Positions 1 through 8,932 of a DNA stretch of 64,000 nucleotides are shown in pieces (position 1 is the first letter of the stretch; every line of letters starts with the position of its first letter). Under the pieces are notes generated by a model. That model was not told the origin of the DNA, made no database searches, and saw only the letters and a program-made list of their open reading frames with translations. The position numbers were made by a program, and so were the translations under genes. Origin of the DNA: Acidobacteria bacterium 13_1_40CM_65_14. GTDB lineage: Bacteria > Acidobacteriota > Vicinamibacteria > Vicinamibacterales > CAVVIG01. The stretch covers positions 526 through 64,525 of the forward strand of contig MNEX01000110.1 of assembly GCA_001917905.1 (NCBI GenBank), given 5' to 3'.

Positions 1-768
1 GCCGCCCTCCTGGTCGCCATGGCAATCATGGCGATCATGATGACAGTCGCCATGCCCGTCTGGAAGCAGGCGGCCCAGCGCGAGAAGGAAGAGGAACTGA
101 TCTTTCGCGGCCTGCAGTACACCCACGCGATTGGTTTGTTCCAGCGCAAATACGCGAACGCGTACCCGCCCAACTTCGACGCGCTCGTCGAGCAGCGGTT
201 CCTACGCAAAAAATTCAAGGACCCAATCACCAAAGACGATTTCCAGCCGTTGCTCGCCGGCCAGGGCACACCTGGCAGCGCCACGCCGGGAGGCCAGCCG
301 CAATCACCGGGTGTCGGCGGTGCGGGTCGAGGAGCGATCGGCGCGCCCGGCGCCGGAATGGCCGGTACCGCTGGACGGGGAACGTCGCCGATAGGTGGAA
401 CGTCGCCGATAGGTACGCCAGGTGCGGGTCCTGTGGGCGGCGTCATCGGCGTCACGAGCAAGAGCAAAGAAAAGTCCCTTCGTCTGTACAACGGCCGCAA
501 TCATTACAACGAGTGGGCGTTCGTGTTCACGCCTCAGCTGCAAACACCGGGCGGCGGCGCGCCTGGTAGCGCTGTGCCGGGTCCGCCCGGGCAGCGTGGC
601 CAGCCTGGACAACGCGGCCAGCCGGGTCAACGCGGCCCGGACGCCTCACCGTTCTCGCCAGTTCCTGGCCGCGGTGGACCTGGTGGCGGCCGAACCGGAC
701 CAGGCGGCCAGAATCCATTCCAGCCACAGCCGATCTTTCCGCCGCAACGCGGACGCTCTGGAGGTTAG
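1..768 (+). CDS. Type II secretion / type IV pilin-like pseudopilin, 5' end outside the window, with a Gly/Pro-rich low-complexity tail
   Basis: Frame 1 is open from base 1. The hydrophobic helix AALLVAMAIMAIMMTVAMPVW followed by KQAAQREKEEELIFRGLQY is typical of a GspG-like pseudopilin core. The C-terminal half is Gly/Pro/Arg-rich, with GTSPIG x2 and (Q/P)PGQRG x3. Confidence 0.55.
   Translation, partial: AALLVAMAIMAIMMTVAMPVWKQAAQREKEEELIFRGLQYTHAIGLFQRKYANAYPPNFDALVEQRFLRKKFKDPITKDDFQPLLAGQGTPGSATPGGQPQSPGVGGAGRGAIGAPGAGMAGTAGRGTSPIGGTSPIGTPGAGPVGGVIGVTSKSKEKSLRLYNGRNHYNEWAFVFTPQLQTPGGGAPGSAVPGPPGQRGQPGQRGQPGQRGPDASPFSPVPGRGGPGGGRTGPGGQNPFQPQPIFPPQRGRSGG
379..414 (+). repeat. Perfect 18-bp tandem duplication (GGAACGTCGCCGATAGGT x2) inside the pseudopilin CDS
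   Basis: Read directly: 379-396 is identical to 397-414. It encodes GTSPIG twice. Confidence 0.9.
583..636 (+). repeat. Three degenerate 18-bp units encoding (P/Q)PGQRG, a collagen-like G-X-Y run
   Basis: Codons ccg ccc ggg cag cgt ggc / cag cct gga caa cgc ggc / cag ccg ggt caa cgc ggc. The differences between units are synonymous. Confidence 0.85.
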
Positions 769-2555
769 GACGTCGGAAGGTTTGATGCGGCCGAGTGTGG
801 CTGCGGCTCAGCCTCGAGGTTGCGGGCAATCATGATCGCGGCGAGCGCGGCGATGACGAGCAGCGTGACGCCGAGTGCAACGCTGCGCAGCAGGATTTCT
901 CCCACACCAAACAGCGACGCGTAAACGAGGACGCAGCCGAGAAACGCGTTGAACAGATCGCGGCCAAGCGATCCCTCCGCGAGTGAGACCCCGACCGCAC
1001 GTCGAACAGGACCCCAGCCGCCGCCGTGCGGGCGCACGCGGCGATAAAAATTCTGCAGCGTCGCGTCCGGCTCCGGAGGCGTCATCCACGTGACGGCGAG
1101 CCACGCGATCGTCGTCACCGCGACGGTGACGATCATGATGTACGCGAAATCGCGCGGCCGATCGCTGTCCCACTCGAGCACGAGCTGCAGGTAGAGCGAC
1201 ACGGCGGCCGCGACGGCCATCGCCGAAACCTCCGACCACGCGTTGATGCGCCACCACAACCATCGCAGCAGCAGAACGGATCCGGTTCCCGCGCCCGTCA
1301 CGATGAGCAGCTTCCACGCCTGCTCGATCGACGCCAGGTGCAGCGTCACGTAAATCGACACGAGCATCAGTCCAATCGTCACGAGCTGCGACACGACGAC
1401 GTATTCACGCTCGGTCTTGTCGCGGCGCATGAACCGGCGATAGCAGTCGTTGACGACGTAGGACGCGCCCCAATTGAGCTGCGTGCCAATGGTCGACATG
1501 TACGCCGCGGCGAACGCCGCGAGCATCACGCCGCGGAGCGCCGGCGGAAACACCGCCGGATCCATCAGCGTCCGGACGTAGCCCGATTCCCTGTCGGCGA
1601 GCGTCGGATAGAGCACCAGGGATGCGAGCGCGGTGAGAATCCACGGCCACGGTCGCACGGCGTAGTGCGCGATGTTGAACCAGAGCGTCGCGAAGAGACC
1701 GTGGCGCTCGTCGCGCGCCGAGAAGATCCGCTGCGCGACGTAGCCGCCCCCGCCGGGCTCGGCGCCCGGATACCAGCTCGCCCACCAGTTCACGCCGAGG
1801 TACACGAACAGCGTGATGGCCGGCATCCACGCCGAGTCGGTTGACGGAAAGAACGCGAGCCGCGAGCCGGCGCCCGCCGCGGCGTCGAGCGCCTCGACCT
1901 GCTGCTTCAGCGCGCCGAGGCCGCCGACGGCGCGTACCGCGAAGTAGGCGAGCGCGACGACCATCCCCATCTTCAGCACGAACTGCACGAGGTCGGTCAC
2001 GAGCACGCCCCACAGTCCGGCAATGGTCGTGTAAAAGGCGGTGAATGCCAGCATCGCGATCAGCACCCACAAGGCGTGCGAGGCGTCGAGGCCGAGCGTG
2101 ACCTCGAGGATCTTCAGCATCGCCAGGTTGACCCAGCCGATGATGATGCAGTTGATCGGAATGCCGAGATACAGCGCGCGGAAGCCGCGGAGAAACGCCG
2201 CCGGCGCGCCGGCGTACCTCAGCTCCGCGAACTCGACGTCGGTCATCACGCCGGCGCGGCGCCACAACCGCGCGTAGACGAACACGGTCAGCATGCCGCT
2301 CGCGGCCATGTTCCACCACAGCCAGTTGCCGGCGATGCCGTATCGCGCGACCATGCCGGTCACCACCAGCGGCGTGTCGGCGGCAAATGTGGTCGCCACC
2401 ATCGACGTGCCGGCCAGCCACCACGGCACATCGCGTCCTGAGAGGAAGAACTCGGTCGTGCTGCCGCGGGCGCGGCGCATGTAGTACAGCCCGATCGCGA
2501 GGTTGAGCGCGAAGTAGGCGGCGATGACGAGCCAATCAGTAAACGTCAGGGTCAT
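765..2555 (-). CDS. Sodium:solute symporter (SSS) family transporter
   Basis: 596-aa multi-pass membrane ORF. The N-terminus LVIAAYFALNLAIGLYYMRRARGSTTEFFLSGRDVPWWLAGTSMVATTFAADTPL is SSS-typical. Its ATG overlaps the upstream stop (ATGA). Confidence 0.85.
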   Translation of the reverse strand: MTLTFTDWLVIAAYFALNLAIGLYYMRRARGSTTEFFLSGRDVPWWLAGTSMVATTFAADTPLVVTGMVARYGIAGNWLWWNMAASGMLTVFVYARLWRRAGVMTDVEFAELRYAGAPAAFLRGFRALYLGIPINCIIIGWVNLAMLKILEVTLGLDASHALWVLIAMLAFTAFYTTIAGLWGVLVTDLVQFVLKMGMVVALAYFAVRAVGGLGALKQQVEALDAAAGAGSRLAFFPSTDSAWMPAITLFVYLGVNWWASWYPGAEPGGGGYVAQRIFSARDERHGLFATLWFNIAHYAVRPWPWILTALASLVLYPTLADRESGYVRTLMDPAVFPPALRGVMLAAFAAAYMSTIGTQLNWGASYVVNDCYRRFMRRDKTEREYVVVSQLVTIGLMLVSIYVTLHLASIEQAWKLLIVTGAGTGSVLLLRWLWWRINAWSEVSAMAVAAAVSLYLQLVLEWDSDRPRDFAYIMIVTVAVTTIAWLAVTWMTPPEPDATLQNFYRRVRPHGGGWGPVRRAVGVSLAEGSLGRDLFNAFLGCVLVYASLFGVGEILLRSVALGVTLLVIAALAAIMIARNLEAEPQPHSAASNLPTS

Positions 2556-3619
2556 AGCAGCGCATCGTGGAAGTCGCGCCTGACATGGCGCATCTGATCG
2601 ATCGTGCCGCCGCCGCAGACGCGATTGGTCAGGAGCACGAAATACCGATCGCGATCCGGATCAATCCAGAGCGATGTGCCAGTGAAGCCGACATGGCCGA
2701 ACGCGGAGGACGACATCCGTGTCCCGCACGACGAAGCCGGCAGCATCGTATCCCAGCCAAGCGCGCGCGAGTTGCCGGGGACGGTACTTTTCGTCGTGAA
2801 TTCGCGCACGAGCTCCGCTGAGAAGGGGGGCGGCATGGTGGTGTCGCCGCGTGCCGCTCGAAGCATCGTACGCGCGAACCGGCCGACAGCCGGCGCCGAG
2901 CCGAAGAGTCCAGCGTGGCCCGCGATCCCGCCGAGCGCGGCCGCGTAGTTGTCGTGAACTTCGCCGACGAGCATCTCGCCGCGCCGACGGTCTTCGTCCA
3001 TTGGCAGCGTCGGTGCCGCGCGGCGGCGCGCCTCCGGCGAGAGCGTGAACGTCAAACCCTCGTACGTGCTCAAACCCTCGTCGGTGGTGTCCGGCTTCAG
3101 CCGGACCTCACCATCCGGCGACCGACCGCCGCGATCGGCGACGATGAACCCGAGGAGGATGAACCCGAGATCGCTGTAGATCGATCGCGACCGCGGTGCG
3201 TATTCGAGCTTCATGGTGCAGATGTCGTGCTCGAACTCACGGCGCGCTTCGCCGGGCGGATCGACGAGGCGCGCCGACAGACCGGACGTGTGCTCCAGCA
3301 AATCGCGAACGGTCACCGCCTCTCGATCGGTTCCGCGCCACTCGTCGAAGAACGACGACACCGCGTCCTCGAGGCGCAACGCGCGTCCGTGGACCAGCCG
3401 CATGACGCCGGTGGCGGTGGCGATGACTTTCGTCAGCGAGGCGAGATCGAACGGCGTGTCGAGCTCAGTCCGGGCGGATGCGTCGTCGAACGTGAGCGTG
3501 CCGAGCGCCTCCTGCCACAAGACGCCATCGCTCGCGCCGACTTCGGCCGTCGCCGCGGGAAACACCCGCGCCCCGATCGCATCTCGAAGCACACGGGACA
3601 CATCGTCGAACCCGCTCAT
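2552..3619 (-). CDS. Beta-lactamase-fold serine hydrolase (possibly an AmiE-like muropeptide amidase)
   Basis: Only the C-terminal 355 aa of the 790-aa ORF are credible. The start MSGFDDV at 3619 overlaps the upstream stop (ATGA). It has an SxxK motif (ASLTKV), YSD, and HVGFTGTS. The amidase role is inferred from genomic context only. Confidence 0.75.
   Translation of the reverse strand: MSGFDDVSRVLRDAIGARVFPAATAEVGASDGVLWQEALGTLTFDDASARTELDTPFDLASLTKVIATATGVMRLVHGRALRLEDAVSSFFDEWRGTDREAVTVRDLLEHTSGLSARLVDPPGEARREFEHDICTMKLEYAPRSRSIYSDLGFILLGFIVADRGGRSPDGEVRLKPDTTDEGLSTYEGLTFTLSPEARRRAAPTLPMDEDRRRGEMLVGEVHDNYAAALGGIAGHAGLFGSAPAVGRFARTMLRAARGDTTMPPPFSAELVREFTTKSTVPGNSRALGWDTMLPASSCGTRMSSSAFGHVGFTGTSLWIDPDRDRYFVLLTNRVCGGGTIDQMRHVRRDFHDALL
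3052..3106. repeat. Composite repeat inside the hydrolase CDS: TCAAACCCTCGT x2, then the hairpin GTCCGGC-TTCA-GCCGGAC
   Basis: Direct repeats lie at 3052-3063 and 3070-3081, with a 7-bp-stem hairpin at 3089-3106. Together they encode EVRLKPDTTDEGLSTYEGLTF on the minus strand. Confidence 0.7.
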
Positions 3620-5052
3620 GCCGCACGCGGACGGCGACTCGCGACGTGCACGAGCCACGCGGTTGCGATTGTCGTCGCCGCTCCGATGAAGATGTACCAA
3701 GTGAACGCGATCGGCGTCCATCCCCACACCACGGTCATCACCACCAGTCCCGCGAGCATTCCGGCGAAGGCCTCTCCCTCGGTGATCGACGGCGCCAGTG
3801 TGCCGAGCAGGAACGCGCCCAGCACCGAACCTGACGCGTACGACAGCACAGCGAGGCCCACGTCGAGGACCGACCTCTGCATCCACTGAGCGGCAATCGC
3901 AACGCCGATCTGCACGACGCCCCAGATCACGGTCCACAGCCGCGAGACGCGCATCAGCCTCTGCTCGTCGGCGTCCGGTCTGAAGTACTTCAGGTAAAAG
4001 TCGTTGACCGTTGTCGCGGCCATGGCGTTGATCGACGGCGAGAGCGCGGCCGCGACGATCGCGGCCACGATGAAGCCGGCGGCGCCGTGCGACAGCGCGG
4101 TCACGATGAACGTCGGGAGCAGCTCGTCGTTGCGCGCCAGCGTCCGCGGCAGCGCGACATGCTGGTAGTACGTGAACAACATGACGCGGATGAGGAGAAA
4201 CAGCACGAACTGCGCGAAGACGAGCACGCCGCTCAACACGAGTCCGCGAGACGCTTCGCGCGACGAGCGCGCTGCGAGCAACCGCTGGACGAGGAATTGA
4301 TCCGTGCCGTGTGTCGAGAGCGTGATCGCGATCCCGCCTGTCACCGCCGCCCAGAAGGTATACGGCTGCGTCAGGATCGTGCGGAAGTCGAACACGCGAA
4401 ATTTGCCGGCCGCCGATCCGGCGCGCATGACTTCCGACCATCCTCCCGGAATCAGCGCGAGGAGCGAGACGAACACCACCGTCGCGCCGGCGAGATAGAC
4501 GAACAACTGCACGACGTCGGTCCAGATGACCGCCGAGGCGCCGCCGCGCACGGTGTACACGATCATTGCGATCCCGAGAACGATGACGGCCCAGGTCACG
4601 GGCACGTGCGTGACGACCGAGATGACGAGCGCCGTGGCGAACAGCCGGATGCCGTCGGCGAGCGCGCGCGTGATCAGGAAGATGACGGCCGACAGGTTCT
4701 TCACACGCGGGCCGAACCGCCGCTGCAGCAGTTCGTACGAGGTGAACAGCTCTCTGCGGAAGTACGCCGGAATGAAGAGCACACTGACCAACACACGACC
4801 GATGACGTACCCGAACACCAGTTGCAGGAACGTCATGTTGCTGCCGTACGCCGTCGCGGGCACGCTGATGAAGGTCAGCGTGCTCGTCTCGGTCGCGACG
4901 ATCGTGAAGCAGATCGCCCACCACGGCACCGACTGACCGGTCAGGAAGTAGTCGCGTGTGGTTTTCTGGAACCGCGCGAAGTAGGAGCCGAAAGCCGTGA
5001 TCGCCAGCAGGTAACCGCCGATCACGAGGTAGTCGATCCAGGTCAGGACCAC
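3616..5052 (-). CDS. Sodium:solute symporter (SSS) family transporter
   Basis: 478-aa multi-pass ORF. The N-terminus IDYLVIGGYLLAITAFGSYFARFQKTTRDYFLTGQSVPWWAICFTIVATETSTLTFISVP is SSS-typical. Confidence 0.85.
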   Translation of the reverse strand: MVLTWIDYLVIGGYLLAITAFGSYFARFQKTTRDYFLTGQSVPWWAICFTIVATETSTLTFISVPATAYGSNMTFLQLVFGYVIGRVLVSVLFIPAYFRRELFTSYELLQRRFGPRVKNLSAVIFLITRALADGIRLFATALVISVVTHVPVTWAVIVLGIAMIVYTVRGGASAVIWTDVVQLFVYLAGATVVFVSLLALIPGGWSEVMRAGSAAGKFRVFDFRTILTQPYTFWAAVTGGIAITLSTHGTDQFLVQRLLAARSSREASRGLVLSGVLVFAQFVLFLLIRVMLFTYYQHVALPRTLARNDELLPTFIVTALSHGAAGFIVAAIVAAALSPSINAMAATTVNDFYLKYFRPDADEQRLMRVSRLWTVIWGVVQIGVAIAAQWMQRSVLDVGLAVLSYASGSVLGAFLLGTLAPSITEGEAFAGMLAGLVVMTVVWGWTPIAFTWYIFIGAATTIATAWLVHVASRRPRAA

Positions 5053-5088
5053 GATTGGCTGGCTTCGTGGACCGGCTCGACTGACTCG

Positions 5089-5217
5089 GTACTAGTCACA
5101 ACAAACCTTCGCCGGCGAGTCTCGGCCCGCGACAACGCCGCGTCCCCGCCGCGCACGCCTGCGCGGTGGGTGCGAGCGGAGCGGCCCGGTAGGGGATTCG
5201 AGAAGCCACTCCACTAG
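5089..5217 (+). promoter_or_regulatory. Conserved leader/promoter element, copy 1, upstream of the sugar kinase
   Basis: Shares ordered exact blocks with 47725-47812 on the minus strand: GTACTAGTCAC, CCTTCG, GGCC(C)GCGACA, GGAGCGGCCCGGTAG (15 nt) and CACTCCACTAG. It has a 43-nt hairpin-forming insertion relative to copy 2. Confidence 0.6.
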
Positions 5218-5237
5218 TAGCATAGAATCCACGACTC

Positions 5238-6176
5238 ATGCACGTGCTCGGCATCGACGCGGGCGGCACCAAGACGGTCTGTCTCCTCGCCGACGAAGGC
5301 GGAACAGTTCTCTCCGAGGGCAGAGGCCCCGGCGCCAATCTGCACGCAGCCGGCGAGCTCGAGGTCGAGAAGGTGCTCCATGAGGTGATGGAGGACGCGC
5401 TCGGCGACCGCGACATCACGCCGGCGGCGATCTGCCTCGGGATCGCGGGCGTGGATCGTGACGACGAGGCGCGCACCGTGCGCGCGATCATGCGGCGCAT
5501 CGGACACAAGTCGCGCGTGCTGGTCGTCAACGACGCGCTCATCGCGCTCGTCGCCGGGGCGAAGGACGCGCCCGGCATCGTCATCATCGCCGGCACCGGG
5601 TCGATCGTGTACGGGCGCAATGCCGGCGGTCAGGCGGCGCGGGCGGGCGGCTGGGGCCACATGATCGGCGACGAGGGAAGCGGCTACTGGATTGGCCGCG
5701 AGGCGGTGGCGGCCGTCATGCGGGCGGCCGACGGTCGCGGTCCGGCCACGCGGCTGAGCGACGACATCCTCGCGCACTTCAGCGTCAACGACGTCTCGCG
5801 CCTGCCGCGGATTGTGTACGACCCCGAGGTCCCGCGGATGCGCGTCGCGGCGCTCGGACCGATTGTGGAAGGCGCGGCGTCGGAGGGCGACGCGGTGGCG
5901 ATGCGCATCCTCGAGCGCGCCGTCGACGAGCTGATGCTCGGCGCGCTGTCGGTCGCGACGCGCCTCGAGATGCGCGGCGACGCGTTCACGTTCTATCTCG
6001 CCGGCGGCATTTTCCGCGTCGTGCCGTCGCTCGCCGCCGTCCTGCCGCGGCGGCTCGTCGAAGTCGCGCCGCGCTGTCAGGTGCAGCTGCTCGACGAGGA
6101 GCCGGCGGTCGGCGCGGTGTGGCTCGCGCTCGCCGAAGCGCGCGAAGGCGCTCAAATCCCGCACTATAAGACGTGA
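5238..6176 (+). CDS. BadF/BadG/BcrA/BcrD-type ATPase: N-acetylglucosamine (or MurNAc/GlcNAc, MurK-like) kinase
   Basis: MHVLGIDAGGTKTVCLL..., IIAGTGSIVYG and GGWGHMIGDEGSGYWIG are hallmark motifs of this sugar-kinase family. It is adjacent to nagB and murQ. Confidence 0.8.
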   Translation: MHVLGIDAGGTKTVCLLADEGGTVLSEGRGPGANLHAAGELEVEKVLHEVMEDALGDRDITPAAICLGIAGVDRDDEARTVRAIMRRIGHKSRVLVVNDALIALVAGAKDAPGIVIIAGTGSIVYGRNAGGQAARAGGWGHMIGDEGSGYWIGREAVAAVMRAADGRGPATRLSDDILAHFSVNDVSRLPRIVYDPEVPRMRVAALGPIVEGAASEGDAVAMRILERAVDELMLGALSVATRLEMRGDAFTFYLAGGIFRVVPSLAAVLPRRLVEVAPRCQVQLLDEEPAVGAVWLALAEAREGAQIPHYKT

Positions 6177-6904
6177 TGCGTGTGCGTGTGCTTGCGACGC
6201 CGGAGACCGTCGCGCGGGTGCTGGCGCATGACATCGCGCGCCGCCTCGCGCGCGACCGGCGCCTCGTGCTCGGCCTGCCGACCGGCCGCACGCCCATTCC
6301 GCTCTACCGCGAGCTCGTGCGGCTGCATCGGGCGGGGCAGGCCGATTTCTCGCGCGCCACATCATTCAACCTCGACGAGTTCCTCGGCCTGCCCGGATCC
6401 GATCCGCGCAGCTATCGCGCGTTCATGCAGCGTCACCTGTTCGACGGCATCAACCTCCCGCCCCGACGCATTCACGTGCTGGACGGGATGGCGCGCAATG
6501 TCGCTCGAGAATGCCTGCGCTACGAGCGGGCGATCGATCGAGCCGGCGGCATCGATCTGCAGATCCTGGGTCTCGGCGCCAACGGACACATCGGGTTCAA
6601 CGAGCCGGCGCGCGCGCTCGTCGCGCGCACGCACCGCACGCGGCTCCGTGCCGCGACACGCCGCGCGAACGCGGCGCTCTTCGGCGGACGGCTCGCCGAC
6701 GTGCCGCACGACGCGCTGTCGATGGGCATGGCGACGATTCTGCACGCCGGGCGGATTGTAATGCTGGCGACGGGCGCGTCGAAGGCGCGCTGCGTGTCGC
6801 GGATGATCCAGGGACCGGTGACGCCCCACGTCCCGGCGTCGTTCTTACAGCTTCATCGGCACGCGGAGGTCTGGCTGGACCGCACGGCTGCTAGCCGACT
6901 TTGA
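6173..6904 (+). CDS. nagB: Glucosamine-6-phosphate deaminase
   Basis: Motifs LGLPTGRTPIPLY, FNLDEFLGL and GANGHIGFNEP. The likely ATG at 6176 overlaps the kinase stop (TGATG). Confidence 0.85.
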   Translation: MMRVRVLATPETVARVLAHDIARRLARDRRLVLGLPTGRTPIPLYRELVRLHRAGQADFSRATSFNLDEFLGLPGSDPRSYRAFMQRHLFDGINLPPRRIHVLDGMARNVARECLRYERAIDRAGGIDLQILGLGANGHIGFNEPARALVARTHRTRLRAATRRANAALFGGRLADVPHDALSMGMATILHAGRIVMLATGASKARCVSRMIQGPVTPHVPASFLQLHRHAEVWLDRTAASRL

Positions 6905-7844
6905 GGAGCGCCTTCAGGCGCGGCTCGACGTCCTCGCCGATGGCTTCGCGGACGAAGTCGCGCGCGCGGCGCAGGCGCGAGAGCGACTGGTTGTAGCTGA
7001 GGTCGCCCTTCTGCATCACGATCGCGGCCTTCACGTTCCAGTGCGCGCGGCGGAGCAATTTGTCGGCGTCGTCGTACTCGAGGCCCGTGACGATCGTGAT
7101 GATCCGCCGCGCGCGATCGCGCAGCTTCTCCGAGCCCATCTGCACGTCGACCATCAGGTTGCCGTACGTCTTGCCGATTCGAATCATCGACGCCGTCGTC
7201 AACATGTTCAGCACCATCTTCGTCGCGGTGCCGGCCTTGAGACGCGTCGATCCCGCGATGACCTCGGGGCCGACGGCTGGCGCAATCGTCAGGTCGACAA
7301 ACGTCTGGAGCTCGGTGCTCGGGTCGCACGTGACGAAGATGATCTTCGAGCCGGCCCGTCGCGCCCTGGTCAGCGCGCCGCGAACGAAGGGCGTCATGCC
7401 GCTCGCCGACACGCCAATGACGACGTCCTTCTTGGTCGGCCGCAGCCGGTTGACCGATCGCGCGCCTTCCTCGTAGTTGTCCTCGACGCCCTCGCGCGCC
7501 CGCAGGACCGCGTTCTGGCCGCCGGCCATGATGGCCTGCACGAGATCGGGTTTGGTTCCGAAGGTCGGCGGCATTTCGGCGGACTCGAGGACGCCCAGGC
7601 GGCCGCTCGTGCCGGCGCCCACGAAGATGATCCGCCCGTTCTTCCTGAGCGCCTGGGTGATGATGTCGACGCCGACGGCAATGCGGTCCTTTTCGTGCTG
7701 AACCGCCGCAACCATCTTCTGGTCCTCGCTCAGCATCCCTTCGACGATGTCGGCGGCGGCGAGCTTGTCGATGCCGAGCGTGGCCGGATTGATTTGCTCG
7801 GTGGGAAGAGACTGCCACTTGGAACGAACAGCCATGCTGGGCAA
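6891..7844 (-). CDS. murQ: N-acetylmuramic acid 6-phosphate etherase
   Basis: SIS-domain protein with LPTEQINPAT, IFVGAGTSGRLGVLESAEMPPTFG and STRLKAGTATKMVLNM. Confidence 0.9.
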   Translation of the reverse strand: MPSMAVRSKWQSLPTEQINPATLGIDKLAAADIVEGMLSEDQKMVAAVQHEKDRIAVGVDIITQALRKNGRIIFVGAGTSGRLGVLESAEMPPTFGTKPDLVQAIMAGGQNAVLRAREGVEDNYEEGARSVNRLRPTKKDVVIGVSASGMTPFVRGALTRARRAGSKIIFVTCDPSTELQTFVDLTIAPAVGPEVIAGSTRLKAGTATKMVLNMLTTASMIRIGKTYGNLMVDVQMGSEKLRDRARRIITIVTGLEYDDADKLLRRAHWNVKAAIVMQKGDLSYNQSLSRLRRARDFVREAIGEDVEPRLKALLKVG

Positions 7845-7884
7845 AACCTCAGGGACGAACCGCGGATATTATCATAGCGAACCG

Positions 7885-8775
7885 ATGATCGACGCGTATC
7901 TCGATCACTTGCGCGTCGAGCGCCGCCTCGCCGATCACACGCTCGAGAGTTACGGTCGAGATCTCCGCGCCCTCGCGGAGTACGCCGCGGGCGCAGGACG
8001 GCCTCCGGAAGCGCTCGATCGTGTGACGCTCGAAGCGTTCGTCCGGCAGCAACGGACGCGCGGATTGTCGCCCCGGTCGGTCGCGCGGATGGTGGCCACC
8101 CTGCGCGGCTTCTACAAGTTCCTCGTGCTGGACCGCCGCCTCGACCACAGTCCCGCCGACGATCTGACGCCGCCGCGCGCCTGGCCCGCGCTGCCCAAGT
8201 TCCTGTCGCTCGAGGAAGTCGACACGCTGATCGCGCAGCCCGATGTCACCACGCCGCTCGGCATCCGCGACCGCGCGATGATCGAGCTGCTCTATGCGAC
8301 CGGCGTGCGCGTCTCGGAGCTCGTCGGCGTCCGGATGTCCGATCTCCACCTCGATGAGCAGTACATGACGTGCGTAGGAAAGGGCAACAAAGAGCGGCTG
8401 ATTCCAATCGGCGAGCAGGCGGCGCACTGGATTCGCCGGTACCATCGCGAGGCGCGGCCTCAGCTGGTTCGCGCGGTTCGCAGCGCTCGCGGGGTTCGCG
8501 AGGTTCTGTTTGTCAACGCGCGGGGCGGCGCGCTGACGCGCGTCGGCTTCTGGAAGATCCTCAAACGGCACGGGCGCAAGGCGGGCCTGCCGCGTACGCT
8601 CAGCCCGCACGTCGTGCGGCATTCCTTCGCCACGCATCTGCTCGAGCGCGGCGCCGATCTGCGCGCGATTCAAATGATGCTCGGCCACGCCGATCTCTCG
8701 ACGACGCAGATCTACACGCACGTGCTCGAGGCGCGGCTGCGCGCGGTCTACGATCGCTTCCACCCTCGGGCGTGA
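7885..8775 (+). CDS. xerD: Site-specific tyrosine recombinase XerD (XerC/D family)
   Basis: The start [27 protein letters not shown] (ATG at 7885) is preferred over the 7747 ORF start. The C-terminus has [38 protein letters not shown]. Confidence 0.8.
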   Translation: MIDAYLDHLRVERRLADHTLESYGRDLRALAEYAAGAGRPPEALDRVTLEAFVRQQRTRGLSPRSVARMVATLRGFYKFLVLDRRLDHSPADDLTPPRAWPALPKFLSLEEVDTLIAQPDVTTPLGIRDRAMIELLYATGVRVSELVGVRMSDLHLDEQYMTCVGKGNKERLIPIGEQAAHWIRRYHREARPQLVRAVRSARGVREVLFVNARGGALTRVGFWKILKRHGRKAGLPRTLSPHVVRHSFATHLLERGADLRAIQMMLGHADLSTTQIYTHVLEARLRAVYDRFHPRA

Positions 8776-8824
8776 TTCTGCTAGACTTAGCCGTTTCAAC
8801 GGACGACATTCTTAGTGATGTAGT

Positions 8825-8842
8825 GTCCGGCTTCGGCCGGAC
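8825..8842. repeat. GC-rich hairpin GTCCGGC-TTCG-GCCGGAC downstream of xerD
   Basis: Perfect 7-bp stem with a UUCG loop and no U-tract. It has the same design as 3089-3106, 33954-33977 and 57697-57715. Confidence 0.7.
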
Positions 8843-8845
8843 CGG

Positions 8846-8932
8846 AGCGCCTGCGGCCCGCGCGAGGAAAGCGAATCTTCGAGCGCCGCAGCGCGAGCGA
8901 GCGGGGGTGGGGCCCCGCGAGCATAAAAAAGG
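8846..8932 (+). repeat. Dispersed element B, copy 1, ending 10 nt before the metK ATG
   Basis: AGCGCCTGCGGCCCGCGCGAGG...GAGCGAGCGGGGGTGGGGCCCCGCGAGCATAAAAAAGG. Its A-run plus GGAG supplies the metK ribosome-binding site. Confidence 0.75.

Noticed and set aside
2552-4924. 790-aa ORF on the minus strand
   Set aside because: It is a composite. Only the last 355 aa (from MSGFDDV at 3619) look like a real serine hydrolase. The Arg/His-rich N-terminal part runs out of frame through the real minus-strand SSS symporter gene (3616-5052) and has the composition typical of spurious high-GC ORFs.
8901-8920. G-quadruplex in GGGGGTGGGG
   Set aside because: There are only two G-runs per copy. Pairing with the adjacent CCCC(G/A)C is the more likely structure.
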